Part shown: piece by piece, positions 31,600 to 43,427 of the stretch
Numbering within the stretch: the first letter of the stretch is position 1
Layout: each line of letters starts with the position of its first letter
Origin: Chlorokybus atmophyticus
Taxonomy: Eukaryota > Plantae > Mesostigma and Chlorokybus algae
NCBI GenBank assembly: GCA_009103225.1
Contig: RHPI01003753.1
Span: 61,843-125,842, forward strand
Length of the DNA stretch: 64,000 bases
Reading direction: 5' to 3'
Notes under the pieces: model-generated
Told to the model about the DNA's origin: nothing
The model's input: the letters and a program-made list of their open reading frames with translations, nothing else
Databases searched by the model: none
Position numbers and translations under genes: made by a program

Positions 31600-31740
31600 T
31601 CAACCTGAATTATCTTGACACAGAGGCAGGGTGCATCCTCCAAGAGCGCTGTTCTGGCGGAGAAACGTGTTGTAGACTGAGCGCGCTGCATAGTACCACA
31701 GCGGTAAGTAACACGTCAAGTTTGGAGAGTTGGGTCAACT

Positions 31741-31823
<83 letters not shown>

Positions 31824-31824
31824 N

Positions 31825-31893
<69 letters not shown>

Positions 31894-33432
31894 CACCCTC
31901 TGTGGAAGACAAGCCGCGATGCAGAGCGTGGCGGAACTTGAGCTTGACAGCAAGAGGGCACTGCGGGTACGGCAGTGTCAAGGCGTTGAGCAGTGCCGCA
32001 GCAGCCTCGCTTGCAAACAGATTCGCCTGACAGACAATCAACCTCAGTTACGTCATATTGACCAATTGCATGAGTTATAGTTGCAGCCATGACACCTCGC
32101 ATGAGCCAATTGACCTGGTTGTTGCGTGTACGCAGGGTTTGTGTCATAGTGCGGTTGCCGTAGAAGCGCCGGATGACAGCCGCGTCTTGCGGAGCACGGC
32201 TTGCGAACGCCGCCCACAGTCGCGTGGAGGGCTTGATGCCAGCGGGGTAGTTGCACGTGTAGCTTGGTGATGTCCAGTAATATGGGAGACAGCCCCGCCG
32301 CCCAACGGCTCTTCCATTGGGGGGATACTCCGCTCTGGTCATGTAGCAAACAATGGTTTCATTTAGATTTGCAAAGACAATGCGTGTTGCTATGCGGGCA
32401 TCTTTGACTTACGGGCTGCATGCTTGCTTGTACTCCACGACACGGACGCTGGTAGTGTTGGAGGAGCTCAAGCCGTTCTGCGCGATTGTGATGGTGATGT
32501 TCTTGACTCCCGGGGTGCTGTACCGACAGATCCCTTCGGCCTCACCCTGCACATAACACTTGTTGACTGCGAGCGATTGCTGACAGTTCATACCAGGAGG
32601 CAAGCACACTTCTACAGTTGTACGCGCACATGCACGCACAACTTCATGCACACGCGCGCACGCAGTCAAACACTGTTTGATGGTACGCATGGACACGAGA
32701 GAGAGAGAGAGAGAGAGAGAGNNNNNNNNNNNNNNNNNNNNNNNNNNNNNNNNNNNNNNNNNNNNNNNNNNNNNNNNNNNNNNNNNNNNNNNNNNNNNNN
32801 NNNNNNNNNNNNNNNNNNNNNNNNNNNNNNNNNNNNNNNNNNNNNNNNNNNNNNNNNNNNNNNNNNNNNNNNNNNNNNNNNNNNNNNNNNNNNNNNNNNN
32901 NNNNNNNNNNNNNNNNNNNNNNNNNNNNNNNNNNNNNNNNNNNNNNNNNNNNNNNNNNNNNNNNNNNNNNNNNNNNNNNNNNNNNNNNNNNNNNNNNNNN
33001 NNNNNNNNNNNNNNNNNNNNNNNNNNNNNNNNNNNNNNNNNNNNNNNNNNNNNNNNNNNNNNNNNNNNNNNNNNNNNNNNNNNNNNNNNNNNNNNNNNNN
33101 NNNNNNNNNNNNNNNNNNNNNNNNNNNNNNNNNNNNNNNNNNNNNNNNNNNNNNNNNNNNNNNNNNNNNNNNNNNNNNNNNNNNNNNNNNNNNNNNNNNN
33201 NNNNNNNNNNNNNNNNNNNNNNNNNNNNNNNNNNNNNNNNNNNNNNNNNNNNNNNNNNNNNNNNNNNNNNNNNNNNNNNNNNNNNNNNNNNNNNNNNNNN
33301 NNNNNNNNNNNNNNNNNNNNNNNNNNNNNNNNNNNNNNNNNNNNNNNNNNNNNNNNNNNNNNNNNNNNNNNNNNNNNNNNNNNNNNNNNNNNNNNNNNNN
33401 NNNNNNNNNNNNNNNNNNNNNNNNNNNNNNNN

Positions 33433-33463
<31 letters not shown>

Positions 33464-35587
33464 GCGTGCATGCACGCACGCACCGCAATGGAGTCTGCGC
33501 CGCAGTCGATGGTGGTGCTATAGTCATTGCAGAAGATGACATTTTTGATCAGGATGACGCTAACAGCCTCGTCGACCTGCCGTAAGGTAAACCCGTTAGT
33601 GCTGACGACACATACCACAACTACCGCAGCTGTTCAGTTTCAGATGTCTCTCAGGTCGCCGACCATCGGTGTTGGGGTGCCTCTTGCTGGGTCCAAGCGT
33701 ATGTTGTCGATGCGTGGCGTCATGCCGGTGAGGGTGATAGTTGTGCTGAGCACCACCGGGTTGGAAGCGGTGGGGCATGGCGACACGGGCCTAACTTGAG
33801 CGCTGATTTGATACGTGCCCGGGGTCAACCGCAAGTTCTCGGTGTTAAAGAAAGGTCTGGTGGTATTCACAAAGTCGTTGAAGGCACCGTCATTGTCAAG
33901 GTCCCAAGCCATCGTTTGCTGGTTGCCGCACGCGTCCACGTCCGTGTCTCCATATAGCGTCCTTAATAGACATGCCTCAGAGGGGAGGGGATTATCAAGG
34001 CTGCGAATGCACAAAGTTTCTCTCAGCAAGGGCATGTTGGTGTTGGCCCAGCAATGTAAACTTCATGCCGTTACATGCGAGTGCCATTGTGACACTCACT
34101 AGTTGAATGTGCCGATGGTCGGGTTGCTCGAGTCAAGTCCAAACCACCACTTGCCCGCCTGCCAAAGAGTGAACGAGATGCGTGTGCGCGATGACATGAG
34201 GAGCAGAGCTGGCAAACCAACAGAGCGTATGCATGCTTGCTCACCTGGCCAACGTTGGAGTTCTCATCAAAGGTGGCGACAGAGAAAGAGCTGGGCAGCC
34301 GAAACGAGCGCACGCCATCACCGAGGTTGAATCCCGCTTGAACTGCGGCAACATGCATACAAGTGTCAGCGTCACATGTGTAACGTGATGTGCAACGTGC
34401 AGGACACATGTATTAATCTACCAAAGCAATTTGCTCCTCACCAACGGGCCCCCTGAAGGTCAGCGCGGGGTAGAGCAAGCCCACGAAGACCGTGCGTGTG
34501 TTGAAGGCTATCACCGCTTGGAACGTGTTGCGAGAAGTGGCTTCATTGCAGCATTGTGACACCTGAACATGAAGTAAGTCAGGAGACTTGTAGTTAAATC
34601 ACCACAACACACAAACGCATATGGACAAACACGTAAGCCCTTACGCAAATGCAGGCACACACACGCGCGTTCTCACTCACATTGTACCATGTCGCGATGA
34701 GCGCCGACTCGGCCGTGAAGCCCCCTGCTAGTGCTTTATCTGGGAAGACACCACGTATGTCGCTGGTGATATCAGCCAGGAGATTGGCATCTTTGACGGC
34801 ACGGTAGGCCACGAAGGTGCAAGCGTTTCCATTGCAGTCGTCATCGACTTCGTCACTGTAGCCAACAAAGAGGTCTGCCCAGAACGCTGCCACCATGCTG
34901 TAGCCAGATGCATCAAGAGTGGGGAACGGATGGTCTTCGGGGCGCCAGTCTATATTGTCATTTTGAAAGTGCACAGCGCCTGCAAGAAAGCAAGAAACGT
35001 ATGGTATGAAATACACTACAGCCAGTATAGCCGCAAAGTACCAAAGCATCAACCCAGTCAAGAACAGATAGGCGTCATGAAAGAGCAAAGACAACGAATG
35101 CACTACTGACTCCAGAGTGCCATTCTGCAGTTCAAAACACAAGCAACAGCAGAGCATATGTACAGCATATGTATTGATGAAACCATTACAGCCATTACTT
35201 ACTTACTTACTTACCGTTCAGATTAACGTAAGCCCCTTTCACACTGGGGTTTCCGAACACGGGCACGGCGTATGGCAGCGGGATCACGTTGGAACTGAGG
35301 TCATCGCCCCTGCAACCAGAGCCAGCCTGTGAGTACCATTGTGTGGTCTAGCATGGCAAGTATGGTAAAGCTCCCTGCACAGAGCGCCATATGCCATCGC
35401 ACAGTTGCCAGTTGCTGTGCATGCGTGCATGGCGAGCTTACGACACAATGATGGTGTCGCCGTTGGCAGGGCCGAAGGGGTACAGGTCGTCGACGGTCAG
35501 GGCGCCCACGTAACCACTCAGCACCACCACCACCGCCAGCAGCAGCAACGCCAGCGACTGAGTAAGTTTCTTGTCTCCGAGAGCCAT
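31600..35587 (-). CDS. Secreted NIDO-domain protein with PKD/Ig-like segments and a PDF1-like C-terminal domain (possibly intact copy)
   Basis: Signal peptide MALGDKKLTQSLALLLLAVVVVLSGYVGA; LYPFGPANGD; GDDLSSNVIPLPYAVPVFG..YVNLNG; VAAFWAD; ALIATWYN; NTFQAVIA; QAGFNLGDG..LPSS..NSNVGQAGKWWF (NIDO motifs, all junctions in phase). Then WDLDNDG and YSTPGVKNITITIAQNG (PKD-like). Splicing around 33640 and across the N gap is unresolved. Confidence 0.8.
31744..31891. repeat. (GA)n microsatellite
   Basis: GA run with a single N at 31824, immediately beside a GTGAGT donor on the minus strand. Confidence 0.98.
32697..33453. repeat. (GA)n microsatellite spanning an assembly gap (N 32722-33432)
   Basis: GA repeats on both sides of the N run. 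Confidence 0.9.
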
Positions 35588-36810
35588 CTCTCTTACACTG
35601 CTGCTCAAGCAATGCTCACGCTTTGTCAGTGAAAGCTTACTCGCTGCCTCATCCATACAGGCGCACAGGCATAGGCGCACACATGCGCATGCAAACATGC
35701 ACACACGCACACAGAGCTATGCACGTACCGGCGGCGATGATGGCTGCCGTTGAAGAGGAGAAAGCCTGGACTGCACGTCACCGGCTGGCTTGCCGCTAGC
35801 AGTTGCAGCTTGCAACACTTACACTGTACGCTAGAGCCATCCCATCACACATGCGGTTGCTTACATAATTGACATCTACCGGCAAAGGGGACACGAATTG
35901 TGCTGAAAGTCTCCTGTCAACAGCTCAGTAAAGTCTCTGAAGATGCGGTATGTCATATCGTGAACATGACATGCATGTCGTACTGCCATCAGCCTGCTAA
36001 GCTGGTTGTTTCAGCCGCTAAGTTATCAAGCACTTTGGAACAACAACTAGATGTGCGTACATGCCGCTGAACTCCGCGTCCTATAGTTCAAGTTCAGCGG
36101 CATGCAGCATGTAGGCATAGTTGGTCCGCTTAAAGCGGACCAATTACCTGATGCGGAAGGGGCTGCAAATTGTAGTTGGCATGTTGGGTGCAAATTGCAG
36201 CCCAATCCGCCCGCTGCTGGTAAAGCAGCATGGAACAAAGCGCCAGCCACGCTGGTGCGTGCGCAACGCTTTGTTCCGTGCTGCTTTAACGACATGACGC
36301 TCGTGACGACCGATCACTCCGCCACATCAGCAAGCAAAGTAAATGACATTGCATCATCAGCAATTTGCAAGCTGCATGGCCCGGATGATGTGCACATGCA
36401 CATGCTACAGCGATGCCATCAACAAAAGCGGACATCATGCTACGCACAAACTAGCGGGGCGTGTGATTGGGCCGGCCGGCCGGCCGGCATTAGGGCACAA
36501 GACACATCACACGCGCACCACGCACGACGGCCGTGTGACGGCACCCGCGACTGCCGGGCTGCGCGGCCCGCCTGCCTCTCATTGGCTAGGCGGCAACAAT
36601 TAGCTATCGGCCGTTCGATCTGTTAAATCAAATCTCGACCGTCCAAAGCTCATCCCCAAGTCATGCAACTGCTCAAAATATATGCGAATGATATATACTG
36701 TATTTATGAATAACTGTATGCAATGACGACTACATATAATGATATGCATTGTAATTGATAATGTATATATATATATATGTATCATAAGTACAAACTATAC
36801 GTGATATATA

Positions 36811-39429
36811 CCGTATTTACCCGATCACAGTCCCCCCCTTTTTATAGTGTCCCCCCCCCCCCCAATATGGGGTATTGTATTCGGGGGGGGGATATTATTA
36901 CAAGGGGGGGACTATGTTTGGTAGCAGGGGTTGCCGCCTTTCCCGCCTTTCTCACGCAGAATCTCATCCTTGGGGGCGATCAACTGCGTGGTTGGCGGAG
37001 GTGTGGTTGTGGAGGGCGGTATGGTTGTTGAGGGCGGTGTGGCTGGCGGCGGTGGCAAAATGGCTGGTTGGGCTGCTGCAAGGCAGGCGAGCATGCGCCG
37101 GCTTGAGGAGGAAGCAGCGGCAGCAGCCGCTGCTGCTTCTCGAAGTGGCCTCAGCAGCGGCGGCGGCAGTCGCCGTTGCTACCGCAGCTGCTGCTAAGGC
37201 CAAGGCAGACCAAGCAGCACGTGAGGCGCGCCCAGATGGGGTGGTTGCAAAGCAGCGCGCACGTGAGAGCAGTTGTAAAAAGAATAAGAGGCACCTGCGC
37301 TGTCAATTCACAATAAGTCAAAGATGTGCATTCGGTAATGCTTGCTTGCGTGTGTTGTGTCAGCGCATGTAGTGTCTGCTTGTGCACCTGCTCAACACAT
37401 GCTCCACATTGATAAGCAGCTAATGCAAAGGTTGTGTGTGTTGCTGAAGATGTTGCGTCGGGCACGCCTTATTGGGGTAAAGGTTGCAGCACGTGAGCAT
37501 GATGTCTTTCCAAAAAGCATTCGTGAATGGATCAAGCAGGGCATTAACATCACGGGCAGCTTAAGGTCTGCCTTCCGTTTGCAAGGGGGTACTTGTGCTT
37601 GTACACACATGTAACATACATGTGTATACAAGCAGTGCTTGTTGCTTGTGTGCATGCATGTGTATTTGGTGTTGTTGGTGTTGTGCACGCTAACTGGCTG
37701 ACTGGTTGCGGAGAACGCACACTTGTTTGTGTGCACACTGGCTGGCTCCTTGCTTCCGACTGCTTGTGCGCATGCTGCTTGTGTGCATGCATGCGTACTT
37801 GTGTGTGTGCACACTGACTGACTGGCTGGTTGCCGAGCACGCACACTTGTGCACACACTGGCTGAAATCTGTGCTTCCGACTGCTTGTGTGCATGCATGC
37901 GTACTTGTGTGCATGCATGCGTACGTGTGTGTGTACATGCTGATTTGCTGACTGACTGGCTCCCACGCTTGTTGTGGCTTGTGTGCAGATTTTTGGTAAA
38001 CGAGCTCTGCTTGTATGGGACAGCTGTACGGCCCATTTGTGTGACTCTGTGGGCAAGGCGTTGCAACACATCCGCGTTGACCAAGCTGTCATACCAAGTG
38101 GTATGACAAGTGCCTTGCAGCCCTTGGACATCATGTCTCTCAACTCCAGCGCCAGTTCAGCCGAGGTGGTCGAGCTGCGCGCGCGGTTGCAAGCCGCCGA
38201 AGCCGCTATGCAGACGGCCATCAACGACGCGGCCTCATTGCAAACGGCGTTGCACGAGGCACAGGCGACGATCGCCAAGTGATGACACAATGATTGGCCT
38301 GAATAAACCTCTCAAGGACATGGTTAGAGCAAAGGTGCGTTGTTGACGATAACTATTGTTGTTGACATGGCATGCCTTTGTTATAGCAAGATTCACTTAT
38401 TAAGGTGGTATGCATATGTAGTGGCAAATGTGGATGTCGGATCCAAGCTAGCACACCTTCACTGCTGGCGGCCATCAATGGGCGTGCTCCTTCACAGAGA
38501 TTCGGACGTGGATCATGGAGAGTTGGGAGGCTCTCCCTGCACGCATTGTGCAGAAGTCCTTCAAGAAGGCTGGCATCAGCATTGCTCTTAATGGTAGTGA
38601 GGATGACATGGTCATTGAGGACATTGAGGATAAGGACGATAGTGTTATCCTCGTGGAGGAGCTGCCATTGGAGGAGCAGGAAGCGTTGGAAGATGAGCGT
38701 GAAGCCGCAGCGGCAGGGCATGGTGGTGCGAAAGTTAGTGAGGAGGAGGATGGGGTGGAGGAGGACGTGCATGCCGTAACTGATAGCATTGACATTGCGA
38801 GTGATGATGATAGCATGTAGCAGGTTGCATGTATGTTGACGTAGCATGCATGCTTGGCTCATGTGCCTTGTGTTTATGCATGAACGGCAATGATGTTGGG
38901 GGTGGTTGTTGTTGCACATGGGCTTGGGCTTGGGCTTGGTGCGCCTACAATTCAACTTATCCAACACCACCTTTGCTACCTCCACCTTGCTAAACTGCAC
39001 ATACCCCTAGGAAGCATATTACCCCGCGGGGGGGGGGGGTGGGAATGTTGTGGCAGTGCCAGGAGTCACATAAAGTTGGATACTCAACAACTCTTTGGGG
39101 GTGCGGAAGTTGCTGCGCGACTGGAAGCAAACGTTTAGCAACGCATGACCTTGACCCTGTAAGCATGGCTTCGTATGATTTTACTACGCTTTACACATCT
39201 GCCATGCTGACTTGCTTGCATGCATGTTGGGGTTGATGACATAGTTCGCTTTTGCTGCAACTTTGCACAGAGGCAATGCTGTACTGGTGCTCACTCCAAT
39301 ACTCACTCTACTAATACTCAAGCCAACTATGCTAAATGNCCCACCAGTAGTCGCTGCGCACCATGTTGCCCCCCCCGAAAAAGGGGGGGGTAACTCCATT
39401 AGGGGGGGACAGTGATCGGGTATATACGG
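36811..39429 (+). mobile_element. pogo-type (Tc1/mariner superfamily) DNA transposon, internally deleted
   Basis: 29-bp TIRs CCGTATTTACCCGATCACAGTCCCCCCCT (36811-36839) and 39401-39429 (2 mismatches), TA on both flanks. Transposase fragments: HTH IGVKVAAREHDVFPKSIREWIKQ, ALLVWDSCTAH..AVIPSGMTSALQPLD, IGLNKPLKD, IVQKSFKKAGISIALNGSEDD. Confidence 0.9.
37580..37990. repeat. Low-complexity minisatellite-like tract inside the pogo element
   Basis: Recurrent gcttccgactgcttgtg..catgc and gtgcacactg(g/a)ctg units. Confidence 0.6.
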
Positions 39430-42140
39430 TACGCACCTATATATGAGTAATTTTATTATATATTATACATACACTACATCATATATAAATGAAAGATGTG
39501 CATATATGTCAGTCATAAATAGTTGTATACATATTATATGCATATAATATTATAATATTATAGAGTGTTATATATATAGGTAATTTTGTATGCAATATAT
39601 ATATGATACATACAATCTTTTATACATAATATATAGATAGTTTCACATGGCTTATATGATCTGAACATGTCCCACATGTATTAAGATAATACATCAAGTA
39701 CTAACATTTCTGCCACGTTACGCGGAGAAGTGGTGCGGGCCATCACACGGCACCCGCGACTGCCGGGCTGCGCGGCAGTATGTGCAGCCCGGCTTCTCAT
39801 TGGCTAGGCGGCGAGTACAAGCGTTAAACCGTTAGATCTACGTAAACAATCATGGCCGTCCAAAGCACATCCAATTGTTCAAACGCATGCCAATAAATGT
39901 AGAATTAAGCACAGTTCTGCATACGTGGCCGCTTATGGCTGCATGTTGATCATTTTTATATGTTACAGAAATAATATTGATAAATACAATGATGCATGTT
40001 GATATCTCTGATGTGTTGCAAAATGAAGCACATCTTTTGCAATATGGTGCAATATGGCTAGCAACCTGCATTTCAGCGTTAAAAAACTTAATAAACAACG
40101 TAACGTTTATGCCACGGTACGTGCTAAAATATTTCGTCAGTAATGCCAAGGTTACAACCATTAAAATAATGCTAACCTAAATTACCTTAACGTTAAGATT
40201 CAACCAAACGAAAATGTGCATCGTTAGGCCACCATTTGGTCACGCTTGGATTTGATCAAATGGGATCACAACGGTGACAACAGCCGTTGCTCAAAAAGGG
40301 AGCGAATTGGCCAATCATTGCAGAGATGCATAAAAGATGCTGAAAACCATCTCGGCGGCAACTGCTAGCCAACGGCGACCCAAAATCGATAGCGATTTTG
40401 TGCAATTGCAGCACAGTTAGTGGTAAAATTGGCCGCGACTTTTGCGGTACGAGGTCGTGGCAGGCCCCATACCCCAAAGACATGCCGCCACTACTCACCC
40501 TCGTTCTAACGAATCCTCTCTACCATGTAACGCTAATTAATTACACGCTATAGTTACTACGTCATCAAACATGGTCAACAGCCGAAGCAGTCATAAACCA
40601 TTCTGAGGTACATGCCTGAAAGATAGGCACCCGGCAATGAAAGTTGCGCAATGGGAGGCTAGTGCCAGCACGCCCTTTCAATTGCATGCCGTGTTGGCAC
40701 ACGCAGCAACACATGGTAATGATGATCGCACACCATGCCGTGCACACACCGAAAAATCACTTCACGCGTAAAGCACATTGACACATGTAGGGTAAGTGGA
40801 CCATATTTGGGACACTTTTAGAAGTTTCACTGCTAGCGACGGCTGTGGTTAGTTTTTGGGGATGGTGCTGAAAGGCAAACTTTTACTCGAGTTAAGGAGC
40901 ATGAATTTTGTTTTTGCAGCACATCCAATAGAGCAATACACCGGCCGCTATCATAGCGCCGCTATGGCCGACCAAAGCTTAGGGCGGCACACCCGGGCAG
41001 TTCCCGTACGATTTCCTAACTTCGACGATGTGGTGCCCGCCTGCGGAAACAACTGCCGTAGGCGTGCGCAACGCGCTTATCGACGTCTAAAATGAGCAGT
41101 TCAGTACGGAGGCGCCATTATAGCATCGCGCAGATGTTTGCCAGCGAAACCACAGCCGGGCAGCTATCCGAAGTTAGGGCGAATTCCAAGTTTGGTCCAC
41201 TTACCCTAGCACACGTGTACACACAAACACACAAACTCCCACTCGTGTGGTATGGGGGGCATGATAACAATGTCAATTCAATGACATTCATGCGCACACA
41301 CATAAGCATCAGCAGAGTACATTTTATGTTAAGCTCGTGTGACAAAGTGTATGTATAACGCTAAACTATCAATAAGATAATATTGATCATGTTATATTAA
41401 TCAACGCGGTGCATTGCAGTTCAGTATGACACTGTCAATAGTATGAACCAATGATGTTGAACATCATTAACAAAATCTTAATAAATTTGCGACAAATCAT
41501 AAGGTTGGTACGTGGTTTATAATTTAAACGTGATACATAAATGAGCGTTACTGGTGTGTGAGCGTATCTTTGGCGACCTTTGATGAATCCATATCTTATT
41601 ATTACTTAATGTTAACACTTATAAAGACCGAGCATTTTGCATACGGTGCAAATACAATCAAAGTACTTTGCATAGGTTATGGTGCCACCATAACCTCACA
41701 TAACAACTTTTATTTACGATAAGTAAGAGCTATTCGTAAAAGCTGTGAGCATATTAACCACATGACATAACAGTAATTTACGTATGCACCAACAGCTGTC
41801 ATGTCGCAAAAGCAGTAACCGATTCCGCCAGTCATGTGCGCATTTACATTAAATACATCACAATAAGTATCAAGCATTTTTTGTACCTACGTATGTCATA
41901 AACACGAGCAAATGTTATAAGCGTAGAAGAAAACAGCATATGATGTACACTGCTGACTTATGATGCAATCACTGTATGTGTGTTATTTACTGCAGCACTC
42001 ATAAACAAAATGGTGTATGATTATGCATCGTTGCATATGACAATTGCTTGATGCATGTGTACACCACGTAATAGGGTGAGAAAAATAATTGCGGAAACAA
42101 AGATTACAACATGCATACTGTGTGCAACGATGCATTGTCC

Positions 42141-43323
42141 GTGGCGTGCAAGGAGGCCTCGACTGCGGGGTGTGTCTCGCAGTGGGAGTGTACACCAATG
42201 TGTACAAATGTCAAGAACGAGTGAAGTTACCGGGCAGCCTACAGGAGACTAAGCAGGAGACACCGAAGCTGTAATGTAGCAGCGTGTGCGGGAGACAGTG
42301 AGGAGGAAAAATAACTGTGTAGTCCCCTTAGCTTGATAGAGAGTGGTAGTCACTCAACAAGCTCCCCCCAATTCAACAAGCTCCTGAACAAGGACGCTTG
42401 AAAAATGCACACATCGGTCACGCAATGTATGTATGCAGGGATAGCCAAGTAAGACGAGATCACACACTACAAGCACCGAGTATGCGAATGCAAGCAATCA
42501 CTGTTACAATTGAATTGTGAGTGGGGTGCAGACAAGCACTGCAGCAGTGTAGGGATGATGCAGTGTGCAGGTAGCAAATGCGATGGCCACAAGCATGAGA
42601 ACAAGAGTGTACACTTCAAGGTGTACAGGCAAAAGTAGGTCCGGGGGAAAACACTGTCTGTCGAAATAGCTGGCACGCTAGCAGCGTATATACAACTATC
42701 ACTGAACTACTGGTACCGTGGACTCTACTTCGCTGACCCTCGGGTGCTCGCCGGCTCGGAGGTGGGCCGACTGGTTAGTCTCGGGCCGTGCCACCGCCGC
42801 TTTTGCTCCGGTCCGTCTTCTTGCAACTTACTGCCGACGCTTCTGGCGGGAGTTGCCTAAGTAGGGTGTCAACGCGGCCCGCCGCCACAGGGACTGCGTT
42901 CTTGTCGGTGGAGGCCGGTGCTGGCAGTCGGCTGTCACGCGGCCTGCTGACATAAGGATTGCGTCCTGATTGGCGGGGCTGGGGGCCAGCAGTGTGGACA
43001 CGGATCGATCGATCCGCACGTTATCAGGGCAACACAGGCGGGTGATAAAGTGCGAGGGGGAAGTGCGTGTCGAGGGTCAGCACTGTGACAGCTGTCGTGA
43101 AAGGAGGTCTTGACCGCGGGGTGTGTCTCGCAGTGGGTGTGTGTACACGAAGGTGTACAAGTGTCAAGAACGAGTGAAGTTACCGAGCAGCCTGCAGGAG
43201 ACCAAGCAGAAGACACCGAAGCTGTAATGTAGCAGTGTGTGCGGGAGACACTGAGGAGGAAAAATAACTGTGTAGTCCCCTTAGCATGATAGAGAGTGGT
43301 AGCCACTCAACAAGCTTCCCCCA
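42141..43323. repeat. ~230-bp imperfect direct repeat pair (42141-42370 and 43092-43323)
   Basis: gcggggtgtgtctcgcagtggg...tcaacaagct(c/t)cccc occurs twice ~950 bp apart, roughly 85-90% identical by eye. Confidence 0.85.
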
Positions 43324-43427
43324 TGCCTGGTCATCGGCGTCCTCGCGATGAGCTTGGCACCGGTGACAACGCCATGGCAGCTCCGCGCAGGTGGTGGCAA
43401 TGTCGGGGTTGATTACAGCAGGGGTGA

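Noticed and set aside
39340-39368. 29-bp identity between the pogo end and the element 2 integrase (48967-48995), suggesting capture
   Set aside because: It begins right after an N (39339), so a gap-filling or misjoin artefact cannot be excluded without reads.
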